From NCBI GenBank assembly GCA_964344655.1, contig CAYFOF010000001.1:3907-67906 (forward strand): a stretch of DNA of 64,000 nucleotides, in the 5' to 3' direction. The notes beneath the pieces are model-generated. The model searched no databases. It was not told the DNA's origin and saw only the letters and a list, made by a program, of their open reading frames with translations. Made by a program: the position numbers and the translations under genes. Source of the stretch: Candidatus Woesearchaeota archaeon. Its GTDB lineage: Archaea; Nanobdellota; Nanobdellia; SCGC-AAA011-G17; PNOQ01. This document shows positions 38,183 to 47,584 of this stretch, in pieces (the first letter of the stretch is position 1; each line of letters starts with the position of its first letter).

Positions 38183-38539
38183 TTATCTTCTTTTCTTTTT
38201 AGTTGCTTTTTTCTTAATTGCTTTCTTTTTTACAGGTTTTTTCTTTACAGCCTTTTTCTTAACTACTTTTTTCTTAGCAGGTTTTTTCTTAACAGCTTTT
38301 CTTGCTTTAGCTAAACTTCTTTTTGCTTTAGTAACTTTCTTTTTATCAGCAACTACTTTCTTTTTAGCCTTAGAAACCTTCTTTTTATCAGTAGCCATTT
38401 TTTTCTTAGCCATCTTTAATTTTGTTTTGGCCTTGTTTACTCTTTTTTTAGCAACTGTAACTTTTTTCTTTACTGCTTTTTTCTTAACAACTTTCTTCTT
38501 TGCTGTTTTTTTCTTAGCAGGTTTTTTTCTTGCGACCAT
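38183..38539 (-). CDS. lysine/alanine-rich histone H1-like basic protein with internal KKK(A/V)VKKK repeats
   Basis: 118 aa with more than 50 percent K/R/A; periodic repeats visible in the DNA. Confidence 0.45.
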   Translation of the reverse strand: MVARKKPAKKKTAKKKVVKKKAVKKKVTVAKKRVNKAKTKLKMAKKKMATDKKKVSKAKKKVVADKKKVTKAKRSLAKARKAVKKKPAKKKVVKKKAVKKKPVKKKAIKKKATKKKRR

Positions 38540-38654
38540 TAATGGACACCTCCTTTTTTGAAATTAAATCAAAACTTAATTAATTTTTATTTAAAAGATT
38601 TATAAACCTTTTCTTTTTGAAAAAACTTTTAAACTCTCGACGAAGATTATAATT

Positions 38655-39065
38655 ATGAAGTTCAAATATTTACCGCACACAGCAGATGCAAAATTTGTTG
38701 CTTATGGGAAGGATATCGACGAGGTTTTTGCAAATTCAGCGTTAGCTATGTTCAATATTTTGGGGGATACTAGTAAAGTAAAAGTTACAAAAAAAATTGA
38801 AATTAAATTAAAAGGTAAAAGTTTTGAAAATTTGTTGTATGATTTTCTAGAAGAGTTATTATTCTTATTGGAAACAGAAAATTTATTTTTATCTTCGGTA
38901 AAAAATCTAAAAATTGATAAAGAATTTAATCTAAGTTGTGTTGCCGAGGGAGATGAGATTAGTAATTATGAATTAAAGAGCGATATAAAAGCTGTAACTT
39001 ACAGCGATATGAAAATTAGTAAGACTAATAAAGGGCATGAAGCGACTGTTGTTGTGGATATTTAG
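38655..39065 (+). CDS. archease (RtcB activator)
   Basis: N-terminal FKYLPHTADAKF archease signature. Confidence 0.75.
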   Translation: MKFKYLPHTADAKFVAYGKDIDEVFANSALAMFNILGDTSKVKVTKKIEIKLKGKSFENLLYDFLEELLFLLETENLFLSSVKNLKIDKEFNLSCVAEGDEISNYELKSDIKAVTYSDMKISKTNKGHEATVVVDI

Positions 39066-39068
39066 AAA

Positions 39069-40484
39069 ATGAAAAAGATTTCGAAAGATGTTTATGAAGT
39101 TGAAAAAGAAGATTGTATGAATGTTCCAGTTAGAATCTTTGCTTCTGAAAAAATTTTGGAAAAGATAAAGAAAGATGATTCTATAAAACAAGCAAAGAAT
39201 GTAGCATGTATGCCTGGCATTCAAAAAAGAAGTATTATGCTTTCAGATTCACACCAAGGATATGGTTTTCCAGTAGGAGGGGTTGCTGCGTTTGATACTG
39301 AACATGGATGTATTTCTCCCGGAGGGGTTGGATTTGATATCAATTGTGGAGTTAGATTATTAACTTCTAGTTTAAGTAAAAAAGAAGTTGAACCAAAGAT
39401 AAAAGAATTAATTAACGAATTATTTGATAATATTCCTTGTGGAGTTGGTAAGGAATCAAGAATAAGATTGGATGATAAAGAATTTGATGAAGTTTTAAAT
39501 ACTGGTTTGAAATGGGCTTTAGATAAAAAATATGCAGATAAAAAAGATTTGGATAAGTGTGAAGAAAATGGACACATGAAAACTGCAGACGCTTCTAAAG
39601 TTAGTCCTCGTGCTCGGAAAAGAGGAAGAAGACAATTGGGAACTTTAGGAGCGGGAAATCATTTTTTAGAAGTTCAGTATGTTGATGAAATTTATGATGA
39701 AGAGGTTGCAAAGAAATTTGGAATTACTTCAAAAGATCAAATTGTTGTTATGGTTCACTCTGGTTCAAGAGGATTGGGGCATCAAGTTTGTAGTGATTAT
39801 TTGAGAAAGATTGAAGATAAATTTCCAGATATTTTTAGTAAATTACCAGACAAAGATTTAGCATACGCTCCAACAGATTCTCATTTAGCAAAAGATTATT
39901 TGGGGGCTATGAGTGCTGCTGCAAATTATGGGTGGTGTAATAGACAAATAATTTCTTATGAAACTAGAAAGGCATTTAAGAAAATCTTTGGAGAAAATTT
40001 AGATTTAGTTTATGATGTAGCACATAACATTGCGAAAGTTGAGAAATATGAAATTGATGGAAAAATGAAAGATGTTTATGTTCATAGAAAGGGCGCTACT
40101 CGTGCATTTGGTCCTGGGCATAAAGAAGTTCCTAAAATTTACAGAGATGTCGGACAACCAATTTTGCTTCCTGGTTCAATGGGAACTGCATCTTATGTTT
40201 TAATTGGAACTAATAAAGCAATGAATGAAACTTTTTCTTCTACTCCTCATGGTGCTGGTCGTTTGATGTCTAGGCATGAAGCTATGAAAAAGTTTGAAGG
40301 GGAAAGTGTTAGAAAGAGTTTAGAAAGGCAGAAAATCTATATCAAAGCTGCTTCTGTTAGAGGTATTAGTGAAGAAGCTCCAGATGTTTACAAAGATGTT
40401 GATGAGGTTGTGAAGGTTTCTGATGAAGTTGGGATTGGTAAGAAGGTAGCTAGATTGCGTCCTCTTGGTGTTATCAAAGGTTGA
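39069..40484 (+). CDS. rtcB: RNA-splicing ligase RtcB
   Basis: Metal-binding His/Cys motifs (GFDINCG, NHF, SGSRGLGHQ) and full length. Confidence 0.9.
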   Translation: MKKISKDVYEVEKEDCMNVPVRIFASEKILEKIKKDDSIKQAKNVACMPGIQKRSIMLSDSHQGYGFPVGGVAAFDTEHGCISPGGVGFDINCGVRLLTSSLSKKEVEPKIKELINELFDNIPCGVGKESRIRLDDKEFDEVLNTGLKWALDKKYADKKDLDKCEENGHMKTADASKVSPRARKRGRRQLGTLGAGNHFLEVQYVDEIYDEEVAKKFGITSKDQIVVMVHSGSRGLGHQVCSDYLRKIEDKFPDIFSKLPDKDLAYAPTDSHLAKDYLGAMSAAANYGWCNRQIISYETRKAFKKIFGENLDLVYDVAHNIAKVEKYEIDGKMKDVYVHRKGATRAFGPGHKEVPKIYRDVGQPILLPGSMGTASYVLIGTNKAMNETFSSTPHGAGRLMSRHEAMKKFEGESVRKSLERQKIYIKAASVRGISEEAPDVYKDVDEVVKVSDEVGIGKKVARLRPLGVIKG

Positions 40485-40555
40485 GGGCCTGTAGTGTAAT
40501 GGTATCACGGGGGGCTGGCAGTCCCTAGACCCGAGTTCGATTCTCGGCAGGTCCA
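40485..40555 (+). tRNA. tRNA-Ala (anticodon GGC)
   Basis: Acceptor GGGCCTG/CAGGTCC with the G3-U70 Ala identity pair, anticodon loop CTGGCAG, T-arm CCGAG-TTCGATT-CTCGG, discriminator A. Confidence 0.8.
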
Positions 40556-40557
40556 TA

Positions 40558-40567
40558 ATTTTTATAT
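40558..40567 (+). promoter_or_regulatory. TATA box TTTTTATATA 23 nt upstream of ORF 40590
   Basis: Spacing fits a leaderless archaeal promoter. Confidence 0.3.
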
Positions 40568-40589
40568 ATTTGGATTAACTACTTTTATT

Positions 40590-40997
40590 ATGGTTGTTAA
40601 TTTTTTATCTAGAGAGTTGGCTTTTGATGCTTTAGATACTATGATGTATTTGAAAGGAGTTGGAGGATCTGAAGAAGTGTATTATAGGTTTGTTTCTGCT
40701 TTAGAAGAAGGATTGGGAAGAATAGAAAAAGAGGATATGCCTCCAATTTCTGAAAAAGTTATTTATGATGCAATGGATATTGCTTATCCTTTTATCGCCG
40801 GATATAGTGATTTTATGAGATTTGCAATGGCGAAGGATATTCCCAATAGGTTGAGAGATCATTTAAAGTATAATGAATTTGAAGATGAAGAAATAAATAA
40901 CCTGGCTAGTTTTTGTAAGGCTTTTCACGATATTGCTCTAAATAGAAGGTCTGAGAATATTCCAAGAGTTGAAGAGATGTTGGGGAAATTAGAATAA
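40590..40997 (+). CDS. hypothetical protein
   Basis: ORF. Confidence 0.4.
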   Translation: MVVNFLSRELAFDALDTMMYLKGVGGSEEVYYRFVSALEEGLGRIEKEDMPPISEKVIYDAMDIAYPFIAGYSDFMRFAMAKDIPNRLRDHLKYNEFEDEEINNLASFCKAFHDIALNRRSENIPRVEEMLGKLE

Positions 40998-41000
40998 AGG

Positions 41001-41014
41001 AAAGCTTTTTAAAA
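41001..41014 (+). promoter_or_regulatory. BRE/TATA AAAGCTTTTTAAAA 24 nt upstream of the tRNA-Met (CAT) gene
   Basis: Consensus promoter at canonical distance from the tRNA 5' end. Confidence 0.35.
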
Positions 41015-41037
41015 TAAAATTTGATTCTTTTTGTTAT

Positions 41038-41111
41038 GGCGCTATAGCATAGTTGGTTAATGCGTCCGTTTCATGTGCGGAAGATCCCCGGTTCAAATCC
41101 GGGTAGCGCCA
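41038..41111 (+). tRNA. tRNA-Met (anticodon CAT); elongator Met or Ile2 type (G1-C72)
   Basis: Acceptor GGCGCTA/TAGCGCC, D-stem GCAT/ATGC, anticodon stem TCCGT/GCGGA, loop TTCATGT, T-arm CCCGG-TTCAAAT-CCGGG. Confidence 0.8.
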
Positions 41112-42821
41112 TTAATTATCTTCTAAATGTTTTATATTTCTTTTTTTAGATTCTATGAAATATTTTCTATTTTTAGTTGATTTTTTCAACATAGAAGCAA
41201 CTTTCTCTCCACTAATGATATGTGGAAGAATTACATAATCTGCTCCTGCGCCATATAACATTTCTGCTTGATGGACATGGTTTGCAGTTACGATTACATT
41301 TACTTTTTCATTCTTACTTTTTATGTATTTGATTAAGAATAGATTATCTCTTGTATTTGGAACTGTAGCAATTACTGTTTTTAGGGACTTTACCTTTATT
41401 TTTTCTAGAACTTCTTTGTTAGACATATTTCCATATACGCAAGGAACTTTATTCTTTAGCAATTTCTTTATTACATCTGGATTATTATCTAAGACTAGAA
41501 CTTTTTTTCTTAGCCCTTTTAGAGTATTGTAAAAGATTGAACCCATTCTGTGTTTTCCGATTAATAATACATCTATTTTCTTTCCCCTTGGAGTGTATTC
41601 TAGAACTTTCTTTTTCTTTACTGGAAGAAGATTTTCTATGAACTTTAGTGCGGGTGAAAAGAATACATAAATTGGATACTGGAATTCTAATAAATAAGAA
41701 GTTAAAATCATAGTTATTATTGTTAATAATATTATTGTTGAGAATACTTCTTGAGATATTGCTCCGACAACAAAGGGCATTACAATTAGTATTAATGAGA
41801 ATTCACTTGTTTGTCCTAGGCTTAATCCAGAAAAGAATGATGTTCTTCTTTCATATCCAAATAATGAAACTAGTAAATAAATTATAATTGGTTTTACTAT
41901 AACTATTGCTAAAACTAACCACAGTATTCTTGACATAAATTCTGAACTTATTGAAGTTAATTGCATTCCTAGAGATACAAAGAATAGTGTTGCAAAGAAA
42001 CTCTTCAATGGATTAACTTTTCCAACAATATCAAAGTGATATGGTAAACTGGCTAATGCAACTCCTGCTACAAATGCTCCAATGGCCACTGAAAAGGATA
42101 AATAATGAGCTAAAATCGAAAATACAAACAATACTGTTAATGATGTTAAAAATAATAATTCTTTTGATCTTGCGGCAAAAGTGAATAATTTAGAGAAAAC
42201 AAATTTACTCATTAAATACGCTACTACAAATAATACTGCTCCCCTAAACAATGCTAGAAGTATTAAAGAAGGTGAGAAGTTTTCTGCAGTTGTTAAAAGG
42301 GATAGAACAATTATAATTAATAGATCTTGAACTAATAATATTCCTAGAACAATTCTTCCATGTAATGTATCTAGTTGTTCTGAATCTGAAAGTAATTTAA
42401 TTACAATCATAGTACTGCTGAATGCTAAAACAATACCAAGAATAATTGCTTCAAAGTTTGAAAATCCTAATTTTAAACTTAAGAAGAATCCAATGAAATA
42501 CATTGAAACTATTTGTACTAGTCCTCCAAGAGAGGCAGCCAAACCAATGTCTTTTAATTTTTTAATATTTATTTCTAAACCTACTGCGAATAATAAAAAT
42601 GCTATTCCGAATTCAGATAGAGCTTTTATGGCTTCTGGATCTTTTATTAGTCCTAAACCTAACGGACCAAGAATTAAACCAGCTAAAATATATGCGGGAG
42701 TAAGAGGTTGTTTGAAAAATCTTACAATGAATGCAAGTATTGTTGCAAATATTAGAATTAATCCAATTTCTAAAACTACATTACCATGTGCTAAATTAGT
42801 TAATGTTTCTATTAAACCCAT
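41112..42821 (-). CDS. Kef-type monovalent cation:proton antiporter (CPA2) with C-terminal RCK/TrkA-N domain
   Basis: About 12 TM helices followed by a Rossmann-like GxGxxG region; stop codon abuts the tRNA 3' end. Confidence 0.7.
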   Translation of the reverse strand: MGLIETLTNLAHGNVVLEIGLILIFATILAFIVRFFKQPLTPAYILAGLILGPLGLGLIKDPEAIKALSEFGIAFLLFAVGLEINIKKLKDIGLAASLGGLVQIVSMYFIGFFLSLKLGFSNFEAIILGIVLAFSSTMIVIKLLSDSEQLDTLHGRIVLGILLVQDLLIIIVLSLLTTAENFSPSLILLALFRGAVLFVVAYLMSKFVFSKLFTFAARSKELLFLTSLTVLFVFSILAHYLSFSVAIGAFVAGVALASLPYHFDIVGKVNPLKSFFATLFFVSLGMQLTSISSEFMSRILWLVLAIVIVKPIIIYLLVSLFGYERRTSFFSGLSLGQTSEFSLILIVMPFVVGAISQEVFSTIILLTIITMILTSYLLEFQYPIYVFFSPALKFIENLLPVKKKKVLEYTPRGKKIDVLLIGKHRMGSIFYNTLKGLRKKVLVLDNNPDVIKKLLKNKVPCVYGNMSNKEVLEKIKVKSLKTVIATVPNTRDNLFLIKYIKSKNEKVNVIVTANHVHQAEMLYGAGADYVILPHIISGEKVASMLKKSTKNRKYFIESKKRNIKHLEDN

Positions 42822-42876
42822 TATATCCCTCTTTACTAAAAATTAGGATTATCCTTTTTTAAAGGTTTTTATAGAA

Positions 42877-43194
42877 TTATTTCTTTTTGATTGTTATTTC
42901 CATAGTTGAAACTCGAACTTGTTTTCCTTCTTTGTTTTCGAATTCTTCACTGTCTATCTTTATGTCAGAAATTTCAACAGTATCTTCTAAAAATCTTTTA
43001 GTAGCTACTTCAGCAATATCTACTCCTCTAGAAATAAATTTTCCTCTTGATTTTATAACAACTTCTTTTGCATTTTGAGTTGTGAACTGCATTACGACTC
43101 CCGTAACATAGTTCATGAATGGCTTTCCGCCAACAAACACTACACTGTCGTCACTTTTCTTCACTTTTTTATCATTTGAGTTGTCTTCAGTCAT
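42877..43194 (-). CDS. albA: Alba DNA/RNA-binding chromatin protein
   Basis: VVFVGGKPFMNYVTGVV...VIKSRGKFISRGVDIAE...RVSTMEITIKKK matches Alba. Confidence 0.8.
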   Translation of the reverse strand: MTEDNSNDKKVKKSDDSVVFVGGKPFMNYVTGVVMQFTTQNAKEVVIKSRGKFISRGVDIAEVATKRFLEDTVEISDIKIDSEEFENKEGKQVRVSTMEITIKKK

Positions 43195-43229
43195 TTTAAG
43201 ATCCTAATTATCCATATTATTACTAATAT

Positions 43230-43421
43230 TTATAATTGTTGTTTTTTTGCTAATCTAGTTAGATATCCAGCTATGATGTTTCTGAATTTTTTGGATTCTG
43301 TTTCAACGTTTTCATCAACGATTACTTTATTTTCTTCAAAATTCTTCTTGAATTTAGTAGGATCTTCCTTAAACAACTTATGAGCTGTTCTCTTGATTAA
43401 TTGTGTTTTTATTCTTCCCAT
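43230..43421 (-). CDS. rps17e: ribosomal protein eS17
   Basis: MGRIKTQLIKRTA...KKFRNIIAGYLTRL pattern. Confidence 0.8.
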   Translation of the reverse strand: MGRIKTQLIKRTAHKLFKEDPTKFKKNFEENKVIVDENVETESKKFRNIIAGYLTRLAKKQQL

Positions 43422-43450
43422 TTTACTTCATGATGAGGAATTTATTTGGT

Positions 43451-44695
43451 TTATAAAGGTTTTGAATCTGATTTTTTCTTTTTTGGTTTTTTGAATTTAA
43501 ACATTGAAATTGTGTAATTCAGGGGATTTTTGAACTTTCTTGTTATGTTTTCTTCTGGTAGTATTCCAATGTCTGCGTAGTATGCCTTATTGCTGTAATT
43601 TGGAGGAGGAACTTTCTTTGAATTTATTTTGTGCCAATTTAATTGAGAAATGATGTATCCTTCTTTTAATGGTTCTTCTAAATTATCATTCCAATCTTTT
43701 ACTCTCTTTTCTATTTCATCTGGATTCCATCCTATGCATTTTAAGAAATTTATTAAAATAAATAAAAATCTCTTTTTTCCATCTTGAAGACCCTGTAATC
43801 CTTTCTTTATACATGGTGAAAAATATTCTTCAGGAATTGCCTCTGTTATTTCTTCATAGTCTGTTTTTCTTTTTTCAGTTAATTCTTCGGTGGATTCTTT
43901 TTTTATTGATTTTTTTGAATACCAATCAAGAGCTTGTGTTATTAAAGAAGTTGCTTCGCCTTCTATGAAATTAGAATTATCCAAGAATCTTATATTTGTT
44001 TTAACATTTTCTGGTTTTGCTCTTTCTTTATCAAATGTTAAGACTTCTTCTTGATTTATTGGTAGGCTTGCTAGTCCTGATTTTTCATGTAAAGAATATG
44101 GTGCACGGAACATGTGTCTGTTAGAGATTAAAACAGTATCAATTTCTATTTTATCTTTTATTTGTTCCCCGTATTTTTCTATTAATGCAGGAGTTATCAT
44201 TTCTGTTAGATATTCTGCTATAATTTTTGGGCCTTCTGGGAATAGATTGATTATTTCTATTTCGTTAACTTTCGAAGGAAATGTTTTGAAGGGAATTGCT
44301 ATGTGGAATCCTTTATTCCCAGAAAATTTAACTGACATATTTTTTATGTCATGAAATTTCATGGCTTCAATTAAATAATAAGTTATTTTCTTTGAATCTT
44401 CTAGATCTGGAGAATCTATGTCCAAAATAAAATCCCATCCTTTTCTTAAATTATCTAGATCTCTCTTTTTCATTCCGGGTTTTAGTTCTAAAGGATTAGA
44501 CCAATGTTCTTCAGAAATATGGAAAGAGGTAGCTCCACGTTTTACTAGCTCTATTATGTCGTTTTCGAATTGTATTATATCTGGACGTTTTCCGAATTTT
44601 CCTAGTCCATGCATTACAGAAACCTCTCTTTTTTGAGAATTAAATGCTATTTCTCTCTTTATTTCATTCTTTGAATAGTAAGAAATTGGATCCAT
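43451..44695 (-). CDS. priS: DNA primase small (catalytic) subunit PriS
   Basis: Motif I FILDIDSPD, motif II FSGNKGFHI, motif III FRAPYSLHEKSG. Confidence 0.65.
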   Translation of the reverse strand: MDPISYYSKNEIKREIAFNSQKREVSVMHGLGKFGKRPDIIQFENDIIELVKRGATSFHISEEHWSNPLELKPGMKKRDLDNLRKGWDFILDIDSPDLEDSKKITYYLIEAMKFHDIKNMSVKFSGNKGFHIAIPFKTFPSKVNEIEIINLFPEGPKIIAEYLTEMITPALIEKYGEQIKDKIEIDTVLISNRHMFRAPYSLHEKSGLASLPINQEEVLTFDKERAKPENVKTNIRFLDNSNFIEGEATSLITQALDWYSKKSIKKESTEELTEKRKTDYEEITEAIPEEYFSPCIKKGLQGLQDGKKRFLFILINFLKCIGWNPDEIEKRVKDWNDNLEEPLKEGYIISQLNWHKINSKKVPPPNYSNKAYYADIGILPEENITRKFKNPLNYTISMFKFKKPKKKKSDSKPL

Positions 44696-44729
44696 AAAAA
44701 TAAGGTAGTTTACTTGTATTTAAAAAAGA

Positions 44730-45107
44730 TTATATTTCATCAAAATGTTTAGAGAAATCATCTAACTCTTTTTGCATTTGTTTGCTTAGTTTTTCTAGTT
44801 CTTTTGTTTGGTTTTCTATAACTTCCATAGCAGAATTAGTGTCTTTTCTGACTATTACACCAGAACCTACGCCCATTAAAACTTTTGAAGCATCTTTTAA
44901 TTCAGATTCAATAAATATTCCAGAACCTAGCGGGGTTTGAATTTTTTTGTTTTTTACTTCTTTTAGTTCTTTTAAGTTATCTTTTAATGTGTGTAAATCA
45001 GAAATTTGTTGGCCTACTGCAGCTATTTGTTGTTCCATTTGTTGAACTTGTTGTAGCATTAGTTGTTGTGCCATCAATTTTTGTTGATCTTGTTGATTAT
45101 TGGTCAT
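44730..45107 (-). CDS. pfdA: prefoldin alpha-like subunit
   Basis: Q-rich coiled coil flanking a central beta-hairpin region; about 125 aa. Confidence 0.45.
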   Translation of the reverse strand: MTNNQQDQQKLMAQQLMLQQVQQMEQQIAAVGQQISDLHTLKDNLKELKEVKNKKIQTPLGSGIFIESELKDASKVLMGVGSGVIVRKDTNSAMEVIENQTKELEKLSKQMQKELDDFSKHFDEI

Positions 45108-45412
45108 TTTTTAGAAACAGTTTTTTTCTTTGTTTTCTTTGGAGCTTCTTTTTTTGCAGATCTTTTTACTTTTTTCTTTTCTACAACTTTTATTCCAGCA
45201 GCAGACATTATTTTGTGTACTTCTGAAGTTGATGCTCCTTTTTTGATTTTAAGAACTTCGTTTTTGGGTTCTAAGTGGGAAATATTACATTTTCTTCTTC
45301 TAACATTTCCATCGATTAAAACAGTATTATTATCTACTTTATCAACTACTATTGCAGTATTTCCGGCATCTCTGCCTGCAATTTTTATAACAATTCTTCC
45401 TACTTCAAACAT
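45104..45412 (-). CDS. rpl14e: ribosomal protein eL14
   Basis: KOW-like GRIVIKIAGRDAGN..VIVD pattern. Confidence 0.75.
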   Translation of the reverse strand: MFEVGRIVIKIAGRDAGNTAIVVDKVDNNTVLIDGNVRRRKCNISHLEPKNEVLKIKKGASTSEVHKIMSAAGIKVVEKKKVKRSAKKEAPKKTKKKTVSKK

Positions 45413-45413
45413 T

Positions 45414-45677
45414 TTACATTACCTGTGATTTTATTTTCTTTCTCATACAAGAAGAACATAAGTTTCCGCCATATGGTCTTTGTGGTCTTTTTTTAGTTAA
45501 AGGCAAATTCTTGAATTTTGATTGTATCAAATTAGGAATTCCTTGTAAAGCTTTACCACAGTCTTGACAAACCTTTTTTGATGGTTTTCTTTTCCTGTAT
45601 TGTACTTTTGTTCCGCTTCCAGGTGTTTTTACAAACACTCTTCTTAGACTTCTTGATTTATGTTTTCCTGCTGGCAT
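45414..45677 (-). CDS. rpl34e: ribosomal protein eL34
   Basis: RVFVKTPGSG...C4 zinc motif CQDCG...CSSC. Confidence 0.8.
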   Translation of the reverse strand: MPAGKHKSRSLRRVFVKTPGSGTKVQYRKRKPSKKVCQDCGKALQGIPNLIQSKFKNLPLTKKRPQRPYGGNLCSSCMRKKIKSQVM

Positions 45678-45678
45678 T

Positions 45679-46122
45679 TTAATGTACCTTCAATATTTTT
45701 CTTAATATTATACTCATCACCATAGAGAGTATAATGTATACCCACAACCATCCATCTATAAACCCTAAGAAATTAAGGTCTCCGATGTCTGCGTATGCTG
45801 ATCTTAACCATCCGAAGACGATTATTAGTGGTAAAAAGGTAATAAGCATGGGTTTAAAAGAGTTTTTCATTTGAATCATAGACTTTTCTATTGATTTTTT
45901 GTTTAACTCCATCATCTTTTCGGGATCGTCTTTGAATTGCTTCATTTCTTCCCGAATGTCTTTCATCTCTTGCTTGATTTCCTTCATTAATTTTTGATCG
46001 GTAACTAACATGTAAATTATAGTCACAAACAATGTTAGAACGAAAGCCACCACTGTTAATCCAAACAAGGGGGAAATATCTATTGCCCATCCAAATATTG
46101 CATTAAATAGTGAGTCTAACAT
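45679..46122 (-). CDS. DUF106-family membrane protein (archaeal YidC/Oxa1-like insertase)
   Basis: TM1, a charged coiled coil, then TM2-TM3 topology; position next to secY. Confidence 0.5.
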   Translation of the reverse strand: MLDSLFNAIFGWAIDISPLFGLTVVAFVLTLFVTIIYMLVTDQKLMKEIKQEMKDIREEMKQFKDDPEKMMELNKKSIEKSMIQMKNSFKPMLITFLPLIIVFGWLRSAYADIGDLNFLGFIDGWLWVYIILSMVMSIILRKILKVH

Positions 46123-46159
46123 TTTAGTTTTAAAGATTTGCAGCCCTTTTTAAAGGTTA

Positions 46160-47584
46160 TCATTGCATCATTTTTCTTAATGCTGGATTCATGTCCATCA
46201 TGTGTTGCTGCGCTACTTCCTCATATAATTTGTATATAATCATAACTGTAAGTAATATTCCAGTTCCTCTAGATAATGCTCCAGATAGGTCTGCAATTGC
46301 TGCTAGGATACCCACTGTAGCTCCACCCATTATTGTTAATGGTGTTATGTATCTTTTTAGTACTCTTTCAAGTACTCTTGGATCTCTTCTGAAACCAGGC
46401 ATTTGTAATCCTGAATTTAATATTTGTTTAGCTTGTGATTTTGCGTCCATTCCTGCAGTTTGTACCCAGAAGATAGAGAATATAACTGCTCCACCAATCA
46501 TGAATAGCATGTAAACTAAACTTTGTAGTAAAACATCAACTGTGAAGTATTTATTTATTACAGCATCTACTAAATTTGGTGCGTGAGTCCAATAAACCAA
46601 TCCTGAAATGGGAGTTTGACCTGAAAATTGTCCTAATAGATTATAAGATATCCAATGTCCAAAGCCAGATTCTCCTACTTTGTTTTGTAAAAGTCTAGCC
46701 CATAATTGGAAGTTTGCTAATAAAGCTGCTACCAAAATAACTGGGATGTTAGATGTGTAAATGAATTTTAATGGCCATCTTATTCCGTGACCTCTTATTC
46801 TTCCAAATGAAAGAGGAATATCAACTTTCATTGCTTGAGCGTAAACCGCCATTATGAATACTAAAATCGTGAATAGTATTGCAAAGAAAGGTAGTGCTGC
46901 CCCGGAAATATCGGCATTAATTAAGGATTTAAAGAATACCCAAATTTGTCCAACTGGAGCTAAACCGGATCCAAATGCAAATTGCCCTGTCGTTGTTAAA
47001 GGAGATAAAGCCCTAATGAATATCTGCTGCGAAACTCCCGCCGCAATAAATATTGAGATACCTGAACCGAATCCCCACTTATCTACAACTTCGGCCATGA
47101 ACATAATTAGCATTCCACCAAAGAATAACTGTAAGATAAGTAAAAATTGCATTAGTGAATATGTTGCTGGAACTAAATTAGCTGCCGGAGCTAAACCCCC
47201 CATTAATACATAAATTATTGCTTCAAATACTATGAAGAATATTCCTAAAATCTTTTGTAACCCTTGGAAAAATTGTTTTCCTTCTGGAGTTGATTGATCT
47301 ATTTGTAATATTCCAGAACCGGATAATAACTGTAATACAATAGATGCTGTTACGATCGGTCCGATACCTAAAGACATTATTGAACCAAAACTTGCACCCA
47401 ATATAATAGATAATTGTTCAAATTGAGATAACGCATTTTGGCCAAGACCAAATAAAGGTATCATAGAAAGTATGAAAAATGAAATTAAAATTATTCCTGT
47501 CCACTTAAGTTTTTCTTTGAAAGATAGTTTTTGTTTTGTTGGCCCTGCAACTTCTGGCAGCATTGCCATAATTTTTCTCAACAT
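46160..47584 (-). CDS. secY: preprotein translocase subunit SecY
   Basis: 10-TM SecY pattern and conserved position after uL15. Confidence 0.9.
   Translation of the reverse strand: MLRKIMAMLPEVAGPTKQKLSFKEKLKWTGIILISFFILSMIPLFGLGQNALSQFEQLSIILGASFGSIMSLGIGPIVTASIVLQLLSGSGILQIDQSTPEGKQFFQGLQKILGIFFIVFEAIIYVLMGGLAPAANLVPATYSLMQFLLILQLFFGGMLIMFMAEVVDKWGFGSGISIFIAAGVSQQIFIRALSPLTTTGQFAFGSGLAPVGQIWVFFKSLINADISGAALPFFAILFTILVFIMAVYAQAMKVDIPLSFGRIRGHGIRWPLKFIYTSNIPVILVAALLANFQLWARLLQNKVGESGFGHWISYNLLGQFSGQTPISGLVYWTHAPNLVDAVINKYFTVDVLLQSLVYMLFMIGGAVIFSIFWVQTAGMDAKSQAKQILNSGLQMPGFRRDPRVLERVLKRYITPLTIMGGATVGILAAIADLSGALSRGTGILLTVMIIYKLYEEVAQQHMMDMNPALRKMMQ

Noticed and set aside
42861-42874. Plus-strand promoter-like AAAGGTTTTTATAG between the antiporter and Alba genes
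   Set aside because: Both flanking genes are on the minus strand. The motif more likely reflects the minus-strand A/T-rich promoter of the antiporter read in reverse, so it is not listed as a plus-strand promoter.
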